DNA of 64,000 nt from Eutreptiella sp. 'Long Island Sound 2002'. Taxonomy: Eukaryota; Protista; Euglenida. The DNA is taken from the NCBI GenBank assembly GCA_964036045.1, contig OZ038378.1, positions 183,644,001-183,708,000 on the forward strand, read 5' to 3'. Positions 11,665-25,300 of the stretch are shown in pieces. How positions within the stretch are numbered: position 1 is the stretch's first letter; every line of letters begins with the position of its first letter. The notes below the pieces were generated by a model. The model was given only the letters and a program-made list of their open reading frames with translations. It had not been told where the DNA came from and ran no database searches. Both the position numbers and the translations under genes were made by a program.

Positions 11665-13569
11665 CGCCCCCGGCTCACGGCTGCGCATGGGCAACGGGGG
11701 AGAGGCTGTGCGCATCGCGGCGTATAAGGGCCCCGTGGCGTGCTGCCGAGTTCCGTGGCCATGTCGCATCGCCTCCCGGCGGGTCGTGTGTGGCTGTCGG
11801 GTTTGGGGATGATGGGGGGGGGGGGGGTCACACTTTTGTGGCTGCAGGGGCTTGGCGTCATCAGACTTTTGGGCCGCGCATTTCGGCCTACACACCGCCA
11901 CAGGGCATTGCATTGCTGCGAAACGTCACATCATATTTGATCCTTATTCAGGGGCACAAGTCGCTAAGGTAATTCGGGTGCATGGGCGGGGGCGGGGGGC
12001 TTTGCTTTCTTTGTCTTTGCACAGTGTTTCTTCGGTTTGCTCGCAACAGTTGTAAAAGCCGGATCATCTGCCACTTCTGAGAGTAGCAGTGGCATGTCAA
12101 CGTAGAGCCCGAATGGCCATTGTACCTGATCAGCATTTGTGGACCCCCGTCCCTTGAGTCGCGGCTATATGTGACCTCGCCCGAGGGCCCTCACACAGGA
12201 GCCCTCTTTATAATCCAGGAAGTCATGCCATCCCATTCATTGCCATGGTTAAGTGAATTTCCCTCCCGATTCGGTTTTGGGGTTGGCCCATATGGCGAAC
12301 CAAGTTGGCGCCCAAAAACAGATGGCACGTTGTGGCGTCATTAGTCTCTAACTTAACACAAGCCTCGGCAGGCCTGCATTAGCCCCCCGCCCCTCCCCTC
12401 TGGACCCCCCTCCCCGTTAGAGTGGGACAAACGAAATGTACCAAAGGGGAGTGGGGGTCTGGGACCCGAAAGTTTGTGTCCCAAAAATAGTCCGAAGCAA
12501 TTTGTCCCGAAGCACTGGCCTGCTTTTGGACCCCCTGCAGCGAGGGGCGGGGATCGGCCTACGTCCCCTGATCTCCATCCAGCGTCCTGTGTCCCCCGAT
12601 GTACCCATCCGACATAGTCGCCGTATTGGTCGTCAAGCTGCTGCCGTGTTGCGGGGTGGGAGGGCTGCCACAGGGACGAAAGGTGGGGGGCTTCGGGCCG
12701 AATTTCCATCGCTGTTTCCATTGCTAAGAGCGATAACCCAACCATCTGCGTCCAAAAGGGTATCGGATGTCGATTTGAGGGACGGGGGGAGGGATTGGGT
12801 GATGGAGAGAGAGCCAGGGCCCGGGAACAGGGACAGGCGTCTGCTTCCAAAGCTTTCGCACTTGGGCAGCGGGTTGACGAGGCAACTGCAGCACACCGCA
12901 ATGTCTGCCCGCGAGCCTCTGTCAGAAGGAACCCCAAGAAGAAGCAACGTGGCTTATGCCAAAAGGCACTCATGCAGCCCGATGTGTCAATCCTTTTTCT
13001 GCTTTTGTGCCGGTAGCTGCCGACTACACACGTCAGGTCCTCGAGAATATCTGTTCCAGAGAGAGACGGACTGGTCTCCATCGCGCATATGTCTTGCAGT
13101 GTGTGTGTGTGTGTGTTTGTGTGTGTGTGCGCGCGCGGCCGTGCACCGCGTGCACCGAGGGGAAGAATGAGCACCGCAAATGTGCGGCTGCAATTGGCAG
13201 GGACGCAATAAATTGCACACATTTAAGAGGCTGAATCGCGATTTCACGCATTAAATCGCCCATTGCCCCCCCCCCCCCCCCTCCTCCCCGAATGGAATTC
13301 ACTGACAGTCCCCACGCAGCCTGTCCCTTCTGCCGATGCCTCCTGGGCCTTTAGGGGGCTGTCTGAACATGAGGTCTCCGCTGGTCCAGAGATGAGTCGA
13401 CGTTAATTGAGGAGGTCTCTTGAAGGGGGGATCTGATGCTGAAGCAAGAGGACTGAGAGGGCGCAGCCGGTGCTACCCCTGAGCGAAAAAGGCGCATGCC
13501 TTGCTCAACACGATGCCCCTTCCTCAAGGTTCTGCCCCCCCCCACACACACACTCTTTGTTGCCCCCCC

Positions 13570-13738
13570 CCCCCCCCCCCCCCCCGCGCGAGAACAACGC
13601 TCCTGTCAGAGGAACAGCAGGTGTTGTTTCTGCAACTTTTGGGCCCTTTACAAATACCCCCCCCCTTGTCAGGACAACACTCCGTGTTCCTGCCGTCAAA
13701 TTTTGGGACTTTAGTGTTGTTCTCGCAAGGGGTGGGGG
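13570..13738. mobile_element. Small MITE-like element bounded by a C-run/G-run and an 11-bp perfect inverted repeat
   Basis: GCGAGAACAAC (13588-13598) / GTTGTTCTCGC (13716-13726), preceded by poly-C and followed by GGGGTGGGGG. Confidence 0.55.
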
Positions 13739-15500
13739 TATGCTGTGGCCTGATTTTGTGCCCACTGCACAGTAGAGTTTTTATCAGGAACCTGGGATTG
13801 CCCGTCAGGGGGCGGGGGGGGGGGGACTGGGTGTGGGCCCAGGGGATACTTGTAGTGGGAGGTACGATGGGACTGTGGGACGCCATTTTGGGGGTAATGA
13901 ATGCCCAAGGGAGCGAACGGCAGGCGATGACTGTCACCGCAGCCAGAGGACCACCGGGTGCCTTTGACCCAGCCGCGATGACTAGACAAGTACAATGCAG
14001 TGACGAGGAGCGAGAAGCAAAGCACTTGAGAGCACTTGATGCCGTGCGCCATGCACATGTTAGGACAGCATTGCGTTCTTGAAATGCAGCTGCTTAGTCC
14101 ATGCAGAGTCCCCGCTAGGGCTTAGGGATTGCCCATTTGGTGGTCGATGCCGAGGCGTGGGTACAGGCGGTCTAGGCCGAAGATGTTTCTGCCTTGCAGG
14201 AAAATGGTTGTCATACTCAACCAAGGCAACATGCCACACCAACCCCTCTCCCTCACTCCACAACCCTCCGACTGTATTGCGCCATAGAAAGTCTGATGAT
14301 GGATGGGAAGGGGCGAAGAGTCACACATGAACAAGACCGTACACACACACCATCAACATAGACTGGCCCAGGGCTTCTCAACTTGGGGCAGACAGCTGCA
14401 GTTACACCGGTGAGGCAGCACCAACGCGGGACACACACTCCACGCCTCCTAGCGCTCCACACTGCATAGCATAGATTAGTTGTGGCCAGTAGACCTACAT
14501 CCTGTCGGAAATGATATGTTGACCCCACTGCATTGATGTGGAGTGATCTATGTTTTTCAACCAGGTGTGGTAGCTCCGGCTACATAGATGGGACAGTTTG
14601 CACCCAAGTCTTGCCTCCTGTCCCTCTTGGGGACACACCTTACCCATGTGAAGCTGCAGGTCACAAGATGGAGACTGTACATAGTTGTAGACCCAATGTC
14701 CAGGGGTGCCCCGTGACCACAGCCCTTCTTGGGGGCTGCTGCACACACCTAGCGCCGGAACACAAAAAAAAAGAAGAAGAAAAGTCGCACATGAACAAGG
14801 CAAGACTGGCAAAATAACATTTTCTGGGACACTCTAGTACATGCTGAGATAAAACACCATGCGTAGCAGACCTTTGGTGTTAAACGCCTTTTTACAGCCT
14901 CCCTCCTGTGTTTCAGGGAGCACGAACACCTCAACACCCAAATGGAATGGTTTGATTGCTCACATCTGCTTCATGGATCCATGTAGAATCAAATTCTGAA
15001 ATAGAGGCACTGGAATCTTTGGGACCTCTACATGCACATTGTTGCATCGAAACCAGAGCACCCTCTCAAGGGATGCCACATTTTATGGAAGGTGAAGAGT
15101 CCGGAACCCTTGAGGACAGTAATTTTTGGGTGGTGTTGTGTAGACACACCCCATCCCCAGGATACCTTGCGGGGAGTCGGGCCCTAGAGTAGGCACAAGG
15201 CAGATGCGAAGAGAGAGCTAGGCCCTTGGGGAGGCAGAGGGCCTGGCCGATAGCAGCAGCCAAGGTGGCAAACAGTGTTGAGCTCCGGGTTGCCGAGCAT
15301 GTGTGGCACCATAACGTGCACACGCATATCTTCCTCAAGGCTCGAAGTATGTGCTAATGAAATTGCCACTGATGATGGATTTCTTTAGCTGTCTGCACGT
15401 GCTCTCCTCTGCCATAGAACAAACGGCATTTTGGGACGCGAGGAATTTCTTGTGCACCGCCCCCATACACACACCCATGCACGCACACATGAGCATGATT

Positions 15501-17436
15501 AATGGGCGTCACACACACACACACACACACATGCCGCATGAGGCGGGTACCCCAACATTGCTGCAGTGCGGACAATGCTGTAGAGCGGTGCTGTATGTTA
15601 GCGAACGCTATGGAGTTTGTTGAAAAGAATGGGCGTCACACACACACACACACACACACCGGGGTTCAGCGCCGAGGACGGTGTGCTGCCAGTCAGAGAT
15701 AGATGCAAGAGGAAGCGGCAAGGGCTGCTGGAACTGCCTAACCCAGAATCTGATTATAGGGTAGGAGTAGGGCGTAGATGCACACAAGCAAAGACAGCCG
15801 TAAATCTAACTCACATGCAACGCTTTGTACCTATGTCCAAGAGCCCCAGTGGTGGCAGAGTTTCATGCTCCGCTGCCTCAGGGAGAAAATGTACATAGGC
15901 CACCTAGGGAGAAAATGTACATAGGCCACGTGATCCTGATACCCTCATAGCCTGATGATGATTGTGCACACGCCTGACCTTGCATCAAGAGATGCCTGGA
16001 CAAGCAAGCATAAAACTGCCACAAGCAAGAACTGATTGCAGGGAAAAACATCCCCGTGGCGGGGCAATTGGCAATTTGCACACACACATACACACAGATG
16101 GCTGCGGTGCAGACAGAGCCGTAGAGTGGAGATGTATGTTGGCGAACACTTCGCAGTTGGTTAAAAAGATTGGGTGTCACACTTTGTCGGAAACCTGAAA
16201 AGGCAAGACCAACCTCTAGACCAACCCACAAGTTGGTCTTGCCACGCTCGGTATAGTCCTTGTTCCATTGGTGTGCTTGACCCCTCCAATTACAGCACCT
16301 TACACTGGGCATGCGCAAAGTCAACCAACCAACCATGGGCAAAGGGTGGGCACATGCATGTTTCAATACCTTACATGTGTATATAGGGAAACGTTGCATG
16401 ATTACCTGCTAGTGTCTGACATGCACAACAACCTACCCTCCATCCATTATTATACGTCTCTCTTGTCTCCTTGACAGGTCCCAAGCAGCCAAAACAACCC
16501 TGGTTCACTTCCACTCCAAATGGTTCGGTAAAGTGAAAGAGGTAATAGTTTAAAGGGCAAGAGAAAGTGGTTATTGCCATCGGGCACAAACATTGCATCA
16601 TCATTGGAACCAATGGGTGCCCGCATAGGATGTGACTAGCTTGCACAGCAGTGAATGTTGTTGCTGTGTTGTTGCATTGCCTGTACCATGCTCTGACCCT
16701 AGCAAGGTAATACGGGACATGGAGATGAGACAGAAACGTTGGCCCTGTGGATGAATTCATGATACATATTTGACTTGGCTGTTCAACAAAATAGAGATGC
16801 GACAGAACTAGTGTCCGGTTTGCCTCAATTGTGTGTTTGGTGTTTGAGTTTTGTTGGAGCTGCTAAGTGTGGACTGCGAAGAAGCACTTTATTAGGCCAT
16901 GAATTTTCCGTGGCATGGATATTGGAGCTGACATTTCATGTTGAGCTTCCCAAAAAGGGGGAGCAAAAACAAGGCTACCAACTGCTCCAGGTCAGGTTTG
17001 GTCCACCAAAGAACAAAGGCCAGGGTGATTTTGTCATGGTTCTCATGTTCATACAGGGGTGATTTCAGCGGAAATCACCATCTGTAAGGAAGGTGGCAAA
17101 ATTCTCCCCACCCGAAATTAAAAGACATTGGCACTGCAGTATGGGTATTTCACATAACCACACACACACACACACACAAACACATACACACACAACACCA
17201 GCAATGTTAGGTATCCGCCTTTCTCCACCCGCGGCTGTCGAGGTGATATAGCGAACACCATGGTTTTCGTTGAATCATATTGGGTGTTACACACACGCGC
17301 ATGTGCACGCATGAACAACAGAACTCATGGTTCGGTCCCTTAGCAGTAGGTCTTAGGTGTTGAACCCCGTAGTTTGAGCATGATTTGAAAGGATTGGGCG
17401 TCACACACGCGCGCGCGCGCACACACACACACACAC
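15501..17436. repeat. Dispersed short repeat family ending in TGGG(C/T)GT(C/T)ACACAC, associated with (CA)n tracts
   Basis: Related ends at about 15501, 15628, 16169, 17280 and 17393; shared (T)AGCGAAC...GTTGAA upstream motif in three copies. Confidence 0.65.
15880..15929. repeat. Perfect 24-bp tandem duplication (period 26)
   Basis: AGGGAGAAAATGTACATAGGCCAC at 15880-15903 and 15906-15929. Confidence 0.9.
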
Positions 17437-18659
17437 TGCAAAGAAGACCACACCAACTGGCCCACTGTGGATGAACAGAGCAGGCAAGTGTCGGTCTTTA
17501 TTTTTAACAATTTAACAGGCCAACAATCAGAAAAAAATCATGGTCATTGGAGGTTTCTTTGCAGATCCATGGGCTCTGACTCCTGATCAAGCGCAAAATG
17601 AGATGCCTCTGGGTAAGAGGGCTGCAGGGTGTACGGTACGTGTATACCATCATCATCAACAACAACAACAACAACACATCATCCCTCGATCCCTTGCATG
17701 CCCCATCCCTTGCATGTTGCACATGACCAATTCTTGCACCTTGCATTTCTAGCTTTGTCGCCTCGCGCAAAATGTCCCAGCCAAAGGTGGACTGGGGGGG
17801 CAGGCATACAATGCCATGCCATGGAAGAGTGACAGCACTACCGCTAGGCCAAGCTGGCATACAAGGCTGCCCAGTTACTTGAGCGCCAACCAACAATTGT
17901 CCACAATGGAGATAGTGTACCAGCGCAGCATGTGCACAAGAAATCATACTATCTAGACAAGGGGACCACCATGCTGTGCAGCAGCTGCAACAGGCAAGCA
18001 TCACCATACAAAGCTACCTACACCAAAGATCCAACGAGGAAAAGACGTGGGCCCACAAGCCCAAAGCAAATACCTCGGAGCAGGTGCATCATTACCAACA
18101 TCACAAGGCAGCACTGGTGCACATAGTGCATTGACACACACCACATGCACTCTACATGAACCATATTCCTAACCCTAGCCAGGAGTGGCGGATCCACGGA
18201 TGCCAGGACTTCACCCAGGCACTGCAAACCAAAGAAGACCAATACCAGCAGGATATGTACCACATACACCAACAACTGTTCTTCCACCGGAAGTGACCAA
18301 GAGAGGAATGGGACGCATTTTGCTACTTCAGCCACTGCCCAAACGCCACAAAACACAGTGGGGTCCTGTCAAATGGGAAATCTTTTGTGCAGTGACCTAA
18401 ACCTCAGAAAACCAAAAGGAACCAGTTGCATGCTATGTTCCGTCTGCTGACTCCAGCCTGATTGACAGAAACCTGCCGAAAAGATATGCTGATTGAGCCT
18501 TCGAGCTCTGCTTGACCCAAGCGGGTCAATGGCACGAACATGTTCAGCCCTTTTGATTAAAGAAATGCTCTCCTTTTGTCTCATTCATTCATTCATTCAT
18601 TCACTCATTGTGTGGCACCTTTCTTCCCCTGCCTGGGACTCAGTTCAGGATTGTAAGAA

Positions 18660-18807
18660 GGAAACGGCGGCGCGGCGGCAGTGGCGGCGGCGGTGACGAC
18701 CACAACGACCGACGACATCAACAATCACGATGACCACAATGACGACGACTATAAGGACAAGGACAACGATAGCGACGACGACGACCAACAACAGCAGCAG
18801 CAACAAA

Positions 18808-18851
<44 letters not shown>
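18660..18851. repeat. Low-complexity (GGC)/(GAC)/(CAA) triplet run followed by a (TG)n microsatellite
   Basis: Directly visible. Confidence 0.85.
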
Positions 18852-18853
<2 letters not shown>

Positions 18854-19101
18854 AATAACCTACACAAACACTCCGCCGTCCCGATGACTCATGATCTTTC
18901 TACTGAGAATACGGCATGCAGAATGCAGAATGCGGACGGGCAGAGTGCCTTCAGCCCGGCCCTCTGAGTATTCCTCATCCCTCTGTCCACAGTAGGCTGC
19001 ACCATGGAAAGACGTAAGTCTGGGTCTGCCCAAGTCCCGGCATCTTCAACTTTCCTGTCCCGCAGTGCAATGCAGTTGACACCCCCGTGATACACAGAAG
19101 G

Positions 19102-19305
19102 ATGAAGGCCGGGGACGGGGTGCAGCATGAGACACGCCAGTTCACAGCGTTTGACAGTTCGGGCGCATTCCATTCCAATGCCACCCGTACACGGAAGTAC
19201 ACCTGGTGGAGTTTCCTGCCGCTGAACCTGTGGGAGCAGTTCCACAAGCCCCTCAATATCTATTTCTTGGTAATTGTGATCGTCCAGTCGATCCACACTT
19301 CTGAG
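19102..19305 (+). CDS. P4-ATPase exon 1 (N-terminus, TM1)
   Basis: AG at 19096-19097, ATG 19102; [31 protein letters not shown]; donor GT 19306. Confidence 0.85.
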
Positions 19306-22300
19306 GTGCTTTCCTCACACTGCATCTGCTGAAACCTGCATTTAGCTTGAACCCGCCCCTGCGGCTCTTGGCATTATTATGTTGGCCCTTTTGATCAAAG
19401 TACAATTTTCCTCGCGCTGCATCTTTTGGGATGCGGGACGCGGTCACGGTTGTGATTCTCTGATTCTTTGATGTCCTGCAACGTAGCATTTGCTGCAATT
19501 GGCTCGCCAACTGCCGTCGTTTGCCCGCCAATCGCCATCGGTTGCCAGCTGTCTTCCGTTGGGCATCAGCCCAGTGCCGTCGGAGACCGGCCAACCGCTG
19601 TCGATTCTCCGCTAATCGGTGAAGACCCGACCAATACGCCTTCAGTGGCGGTGGATGCCAGCCAACTGCCTTCCGGTACGCAATGCACGCCAACGGTAGT
19701 CGATTGCTGGCACCAGCTGGTCTGGCAAGTGCCGTGCCCATTGTCAGCTGCCGTTGGGTGGCCCATGCAGCTTGGCAGGAGCTCGGCCCAGGTCGGATGG
19801 GGCTCCACACTCAGTGGAAAGCCCGAGGAACACATTCCTATCTTTCGCGTACCGTACCGTACCCCCGCGCGCGCGCTTTGAATTGTCCCCCTGGGTGGGG
19901 AGGGGGGAATGGGAGAGTCACTTGTACCGTTTTCTAAGCAACAAGCACCCAAAAGCCAAAAGCCTCTAGAAGATGACAGCAAGCGCAAAGAAGTACGGTG
20001 CAGGTACTAGCACATAGTCCCCCCCCCCCGGTCGTTTGGTGACAATTCCTGGGGACTATTCATGGCGGCGCTGGGGGAACCCCCCCAGCCACTGAAGCCC
20101 ATCCTCGAAGGAAGTTTGTGGCTGATCGTAGAGGAGGAGATAAGAACGGTAGGAGGGGGGATGGGGGTGCCGACTCAATGTGCGACATTTTCACGTTGTG
20201 TTGTGGGATGTGAGGGCCTTCCCTTTCACTTTCCTCAGCCCCCTGTTCATCGAATAGGATGATGCATCTTCAATAATGATGGTGCCACCCCCATAGGGAG
20301 GGGGCAGGAGACTCTGCTGGCGTGGTATGTGCTGGACTCCCAGAGGGCAAGGTATGGGTCACTGCAGGGCAGGGTATGGGCCAGTGCAAGGCAGTGTGCA
20401 CACCCCGTGGGGCATGGCCGGGGCCAGTGTAAAGCAGTGTGCCGACCAGTGTGGTGTAGGGGTCGATGCAAAGTGTGCACGTCGGTGGGACATGGTTGGG
20501 GGCGGTGTAAGGCAGTGGACAGGCCATGAGGGCCACGTGCGGGCCAGTGTGCGTCCACTTTGTGCAGGTACCCACAACAAATTTGCTTCCGCTGATCATT
20601 GTGCTGGTGATCAATATGGTGAAGGATTTGATCGAGGATCAGGCGCGCAGGTGCCACACCAACCCCCCAAGCACTCAATCAGCCACTGCGGCTTGGCTCA
20701 GCATCGCCCCTGCCTGCGCGCGTTCCTTCGCATCATGCCACCGTTGGCACATTCTGGGATGGATACCTGCGGAGGGTCACCAGCAGTGACGACACAGCAG
20801 CAGGCATTGGGCAGAAGGGACTGGCCGCTGGAGCAGGGAAAGTTTGATTCTTTGATTGTCCGAGAGCTGCACCAAAGCATGCCATTGGCCGTTCAACGAG
20901 TGTAGCAAATCGTGCAACTGCTCATCAACCAAATGTCTGGGTGACCTGCATCTCGGAATTTCGTCGCTCAAGGGTTACAATTAATATCCCTGAAGATAAG
21001 ACCAACCAAGCAAAGGCCCCTCGAGGGGTATCTAGGACTAAAAACAGGGTTTGAGATCACCACTGGTTCAACCCAGAAATAGGTGAATGACCTCTACGCC
21101 CCAAGGGGTTGCTATTTCCACCTCGAAAGGGACTGCCGTGCTGAATTCTACTCCTGCCTTACAATTTGCCCATGTGCACAAATCTCATGACGTTGGTCAT
21201 GCCACTCTTGTGTCGCTACGATGCTGCTCTGCTTTTGGGCCGTTGGGTGTTTTGTGTGGTGCATTGTACCTCAAACGCATCAATGTGAACCTACAGCCCG
21301 TCATGATCTTTTCCCCCATCGCCCGTGCCTGCGCCACCCTCTGCCCCGTCATGGCCGACCCCGGCGCCTGCCCCATCGACTGCTGTTGCCGTGCTTCTGC
21401 AGTGGTTTGTGCCCTTTCCCTTGGCATTCCGCAGAAATTTAGACAAGGAAATGAACAATCGGCAGGTGAGCAGCATCCAACACGATGGGACTGTGAAGCT
21501 GATCTATTGGAAGGACGTGGAAGTCGGGTCCATTCTAATCGTTTTCGAGAATGAGCCACTGCCTGCGGACATCCTCATTCTGCAAAGCGCCGATGCGGTG
21601 CACAGTGTCGTTCACATCAACACCACCGAACTCGACGGGGAGTCCAACCTGAAGAGCAAAGTGGCGGTGCAGCCGACACACGAAGCCCAGACCCGATTGG
21701 TATATCCACGACCCTCGCCATCACCCACCCCCAGTCCCGCTTCTCGCCGCAATATGCTCCACAATAAGACCTCAACCGACCTGGTCCACCCGCACGCTTT
21801 GTGGGAAGAAACCATGCTTTGAAACACACGAGCATAAGAAAACATTTTTTGCCCCAACGATTGTGACGCGGAGGCACTTACGGTTCTGGAGCGTGGAATC
21901 AATCCATGTGAGACACTCATCTCATTGTCATTCATGGGCAACTCAGACCGAATATTTGGACAGATCTAGTGGGGAAGGAAACGTCATGTACACAAGTCAA
22001 AGCAGCTCGATAAGGACCCTTGTCAAGGGACCTCATGAAAGGACCTAGGCCACCACTAAAGGACCCTGCTACAACATCACCTTCAAAGACCACCATGAAG
22101 GGGCGTTTTCAGGCTGGCATGGGCTGGTCGATGTTTGGGTGACCTTCGTTTACCCACGGGGACCCTTGGGCCATTGTTGGGTAATCATTTGGTGGCGAGT
22201 ACGTATAAAGCCATGGGGTGCCATGTAGCACCAGCTAGGCCCTCCTAATGGTGCTTATTGGCCCCAAAAGCGCTGTTCTGGGCTTGTTTGCACCATGGCC

Positions 22301-25300
22301 GGCAAAACCTGGTTGGCCTATAGCCGTCACTGTAGGGTTGGAGACCCTCCCCCAATAGAAGTGGGCCGCAAGACCCCTTTAGGGGAGGAGAGGCTCCAGC
22401 CAAGGGCGGCAGAGGGGGGGAGGGTCAGACCCCAACAGAAGTGGCTCAAAATGATCAGCGCCATCTGGAGATCCATTTGAGTAAAATAAGTCTGTGTTCA
22501 AATGTGTTCAAATTGCTGGAGGTGAACGTCTTTAGGGAACTGTGTGAAATATTTTGTTGCATGCACTATGGTTAAGGTTGGAGTCAGGGTCACCAAGCTG
22601 GTGGACCACTGAGTATGGTTTCATAAGCCTCTTAGGGTGTAGGTGGAGCTACCCCTTCTCGCAAGTCGGCGACACCATCCAGAGCTTCGGCTCTAGGGGC
22701 AGTATGTCCAGGGGAATAGTGGATTACATTGGGGTTACAAGTCATGCACACGCCGGATCCACCTCGCTTGAGTGGTCGTCTCAACACGTCAAGCACTGAT
22801 GTCGGCTGACCACGCTATCTTCCGGAAGATACAGTTTCAATGCAGATCACTGATATCAGATGAGTCTATCTCTTTGACGGCTCTGAGGTTTTGTTGCGCA
22901 CCATCCTCCTCCACAGAGGAACAATTAATTAATGGTTCAACCCCTCTCCTCCCACCACCGAACTCCCTAACTCTTGTGACAAACTGATAACCTTGATTGT
23001 GTTGTGACCAATGCTATCTTCTTGCCCTTAGCCTGTTTTATGTCGGAAGGCATCTTTTTGAGTTCCAGGTCGCTTGTATTAGCAGTGATGAGGGGTGTCC
23101 AAAGGCCAACATACTAACGATTGGTTGGTTGGTAACATGGCAACAGCAATTGCCATGTCTCATCCATCACAAACACATGCAATTTATTGTATGTCTGCTC
23201 AACCCCCCGGGCATCCGCCTGTGCTCGTTGGTGGAACCAGCCCCCTATGGGCTTATGTTCAAGGAACGGTGTGCAGTGTGATCGCCAAGGGAGGAAAGGG
23301 GAATGGACCTCCAATCTCCAACGAGCAGTTGTTGTTGCATCATGGCAGAGTTGGTTGGGCAAAACACTGGGAATCACCTTGAAGAGCGTTGTTAGATCAA
23401 GCGCGGGCGTGAGAGCCCTATGCCCCCCCCTTTTTGGGGGGTATTCACCTAGCATACCCCAATGTATGATATCTTATGTTTAACCCCTTGGGGACGCTTT
23501 CCTTGCAGCGCGCAATCTGGGTAATTATACCAAAATACAGGCAGAATAGTGCCGCATACAAACACACATTTGTTACATACCGTTTACCCCCCCCCCCACA
23601 CACACACACCACTTTTTTCTCTTATTTGATTGCTACATTCCCCTTTTGGGGCCTCTATCTTTCACAAATGGTGCATTTGATTCCGTATGATATTGATCCG
23701 TGATGGGCACTCTTTCATTCGAGACCATGGAGTGCATCCGTTTGCCTAGTTGTACACTTCGGCTGTGTGCCGCGAGCCGTGCACCAAGTTGGGGATGAGC
23801 TGGGAGGAGTGCATCCTACGACTCCATTGGATGGTCCATGCTGTGGTTCACATCCAGCAGTTCACCAACTAGCGCGACGTCAAGTACAAGCCGTATGGTC
23901 CATGGGGTCATTTTCTTGGACAGTGTACACTAAAGCTAATGACCCTTTCCTTGTGGCGCGTGCGGCGCGCCCGCGGCGCGCAGGAAGCGTTCCCCTTGTA
24001 AAATCATCATTTAGGGATACAAAATGATCCCCCAATCAATTTTTCGATTTTGACCCCTCCACCCCCCTGTACCTGTGTGCCACTTCCGGATGCATGATAA
24101 TTGGGGAGGGATTTGTCAGTGGAACTGTGCTGACAGCAGAATGTTGCGTATCTGGACACTCAATATTAAGTGTTACACGTGGGTTCGGGGTCACCAACGG
24201 CCGGGACTCGGCGAATCTGTGTCCTGTCGCTGGTTGCTCCGTTACTCTTTCAGGGGATTGGGCCTGCCGCAGTGTCTTTCGACGGTCTGAATTACTTGAA
24301 ATCGATCAAAGTGTGCTGCGAACAGGCCAACCCAGACCTGCGCTCCTTCAGCGGGTCTGTCACGGCCGGCGACGGCGGGGCATCCACATGGCCGTGCACT
24401 AATCGTGAAGTGATCTACCGCGGCTGCACAGTTCGCAACACGGAGTGGGCCATTGGCATCACTTGTCTGACGGGTATGTGAACCCAGTCTCCCCTCAACC
24501 CCAAGGATGTATTAGAAGGGAAGCAGCCTGTGATGGGGATCCAGAAGCGCTTAGGTAGGCGGTTGAGGGCGGTTGCTGTCAGTTCCAAATGCTTCAAAGC
24601 TGGCATTTGCGGTCTGGCAGACAGCGGCTGAGCCATAGGCTGGTAACGCTGAAGGTAAGGCTCGTAACCTTCCGATGCATCCCTGCTCGACTCCCGCCCT
24701 CCAGCACAGTGTTGAAGGAGTTAAGATTCTTTTCTGTTTTTGAACTGAGGGCCGCTTTGGCCGGAATCGGTTGGCTAGTGGTTGATGGTCAACTGCCATT
24801 TATCCGTGGCTGACCGAGCGCGCGTGTCATTTCATGAGTGCAGCTGCACGATTGCCCGACCGGTGTTGGTTATTGTCAGCAGATGATGGATAACCACGCC
24901 GGCGTGTCCCGCAATGGAGTCCGGCTGTGTGGGGAAAGATGATATCAACGGATGCACAACGCCAGCCCTACTGAGGGGTTGTAGGACTGATTGAAGATGG
25001 AAGGCGTGTCTCATTCGCCCCCCCCCCCCCCCAAGCCCAGGCTGCGCTTGAAAAGCAGAGGCCAAAGGAAACAAGCCAAGAAAAGCTTTGTTGGAGCTTT
25101 GCCGGCGCCGGCATGGGAGGGATGCCAAGGGGCAGAAGTAGCACTTGTGAGCAGAGGGACAACTGTCCCACTCTCACTCAGTAACAAATGCTTTTCCCCA
25201 AGTGCTGGGGTTAGCCAAGCGGGCTCCCCACCTCTCGGATGTTTTTGAACCCGCCCTCCACACCCCCAACTCAATGGATGAACAGCCTATCCACGAGTGG

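Noticed and set aside
10938-11913. Long minus-strand ORFs (229 and 248 aa)
   Set aside because: GC-rich antisense shadows of the RRM exon.
12353-14082. Long ORFs on both strands, including a possible upstream ATPase exon near 13898-14050
   Set aside because: They run through microsatellites and repeats, with no domain similarity or convincing splice link to exon 1.
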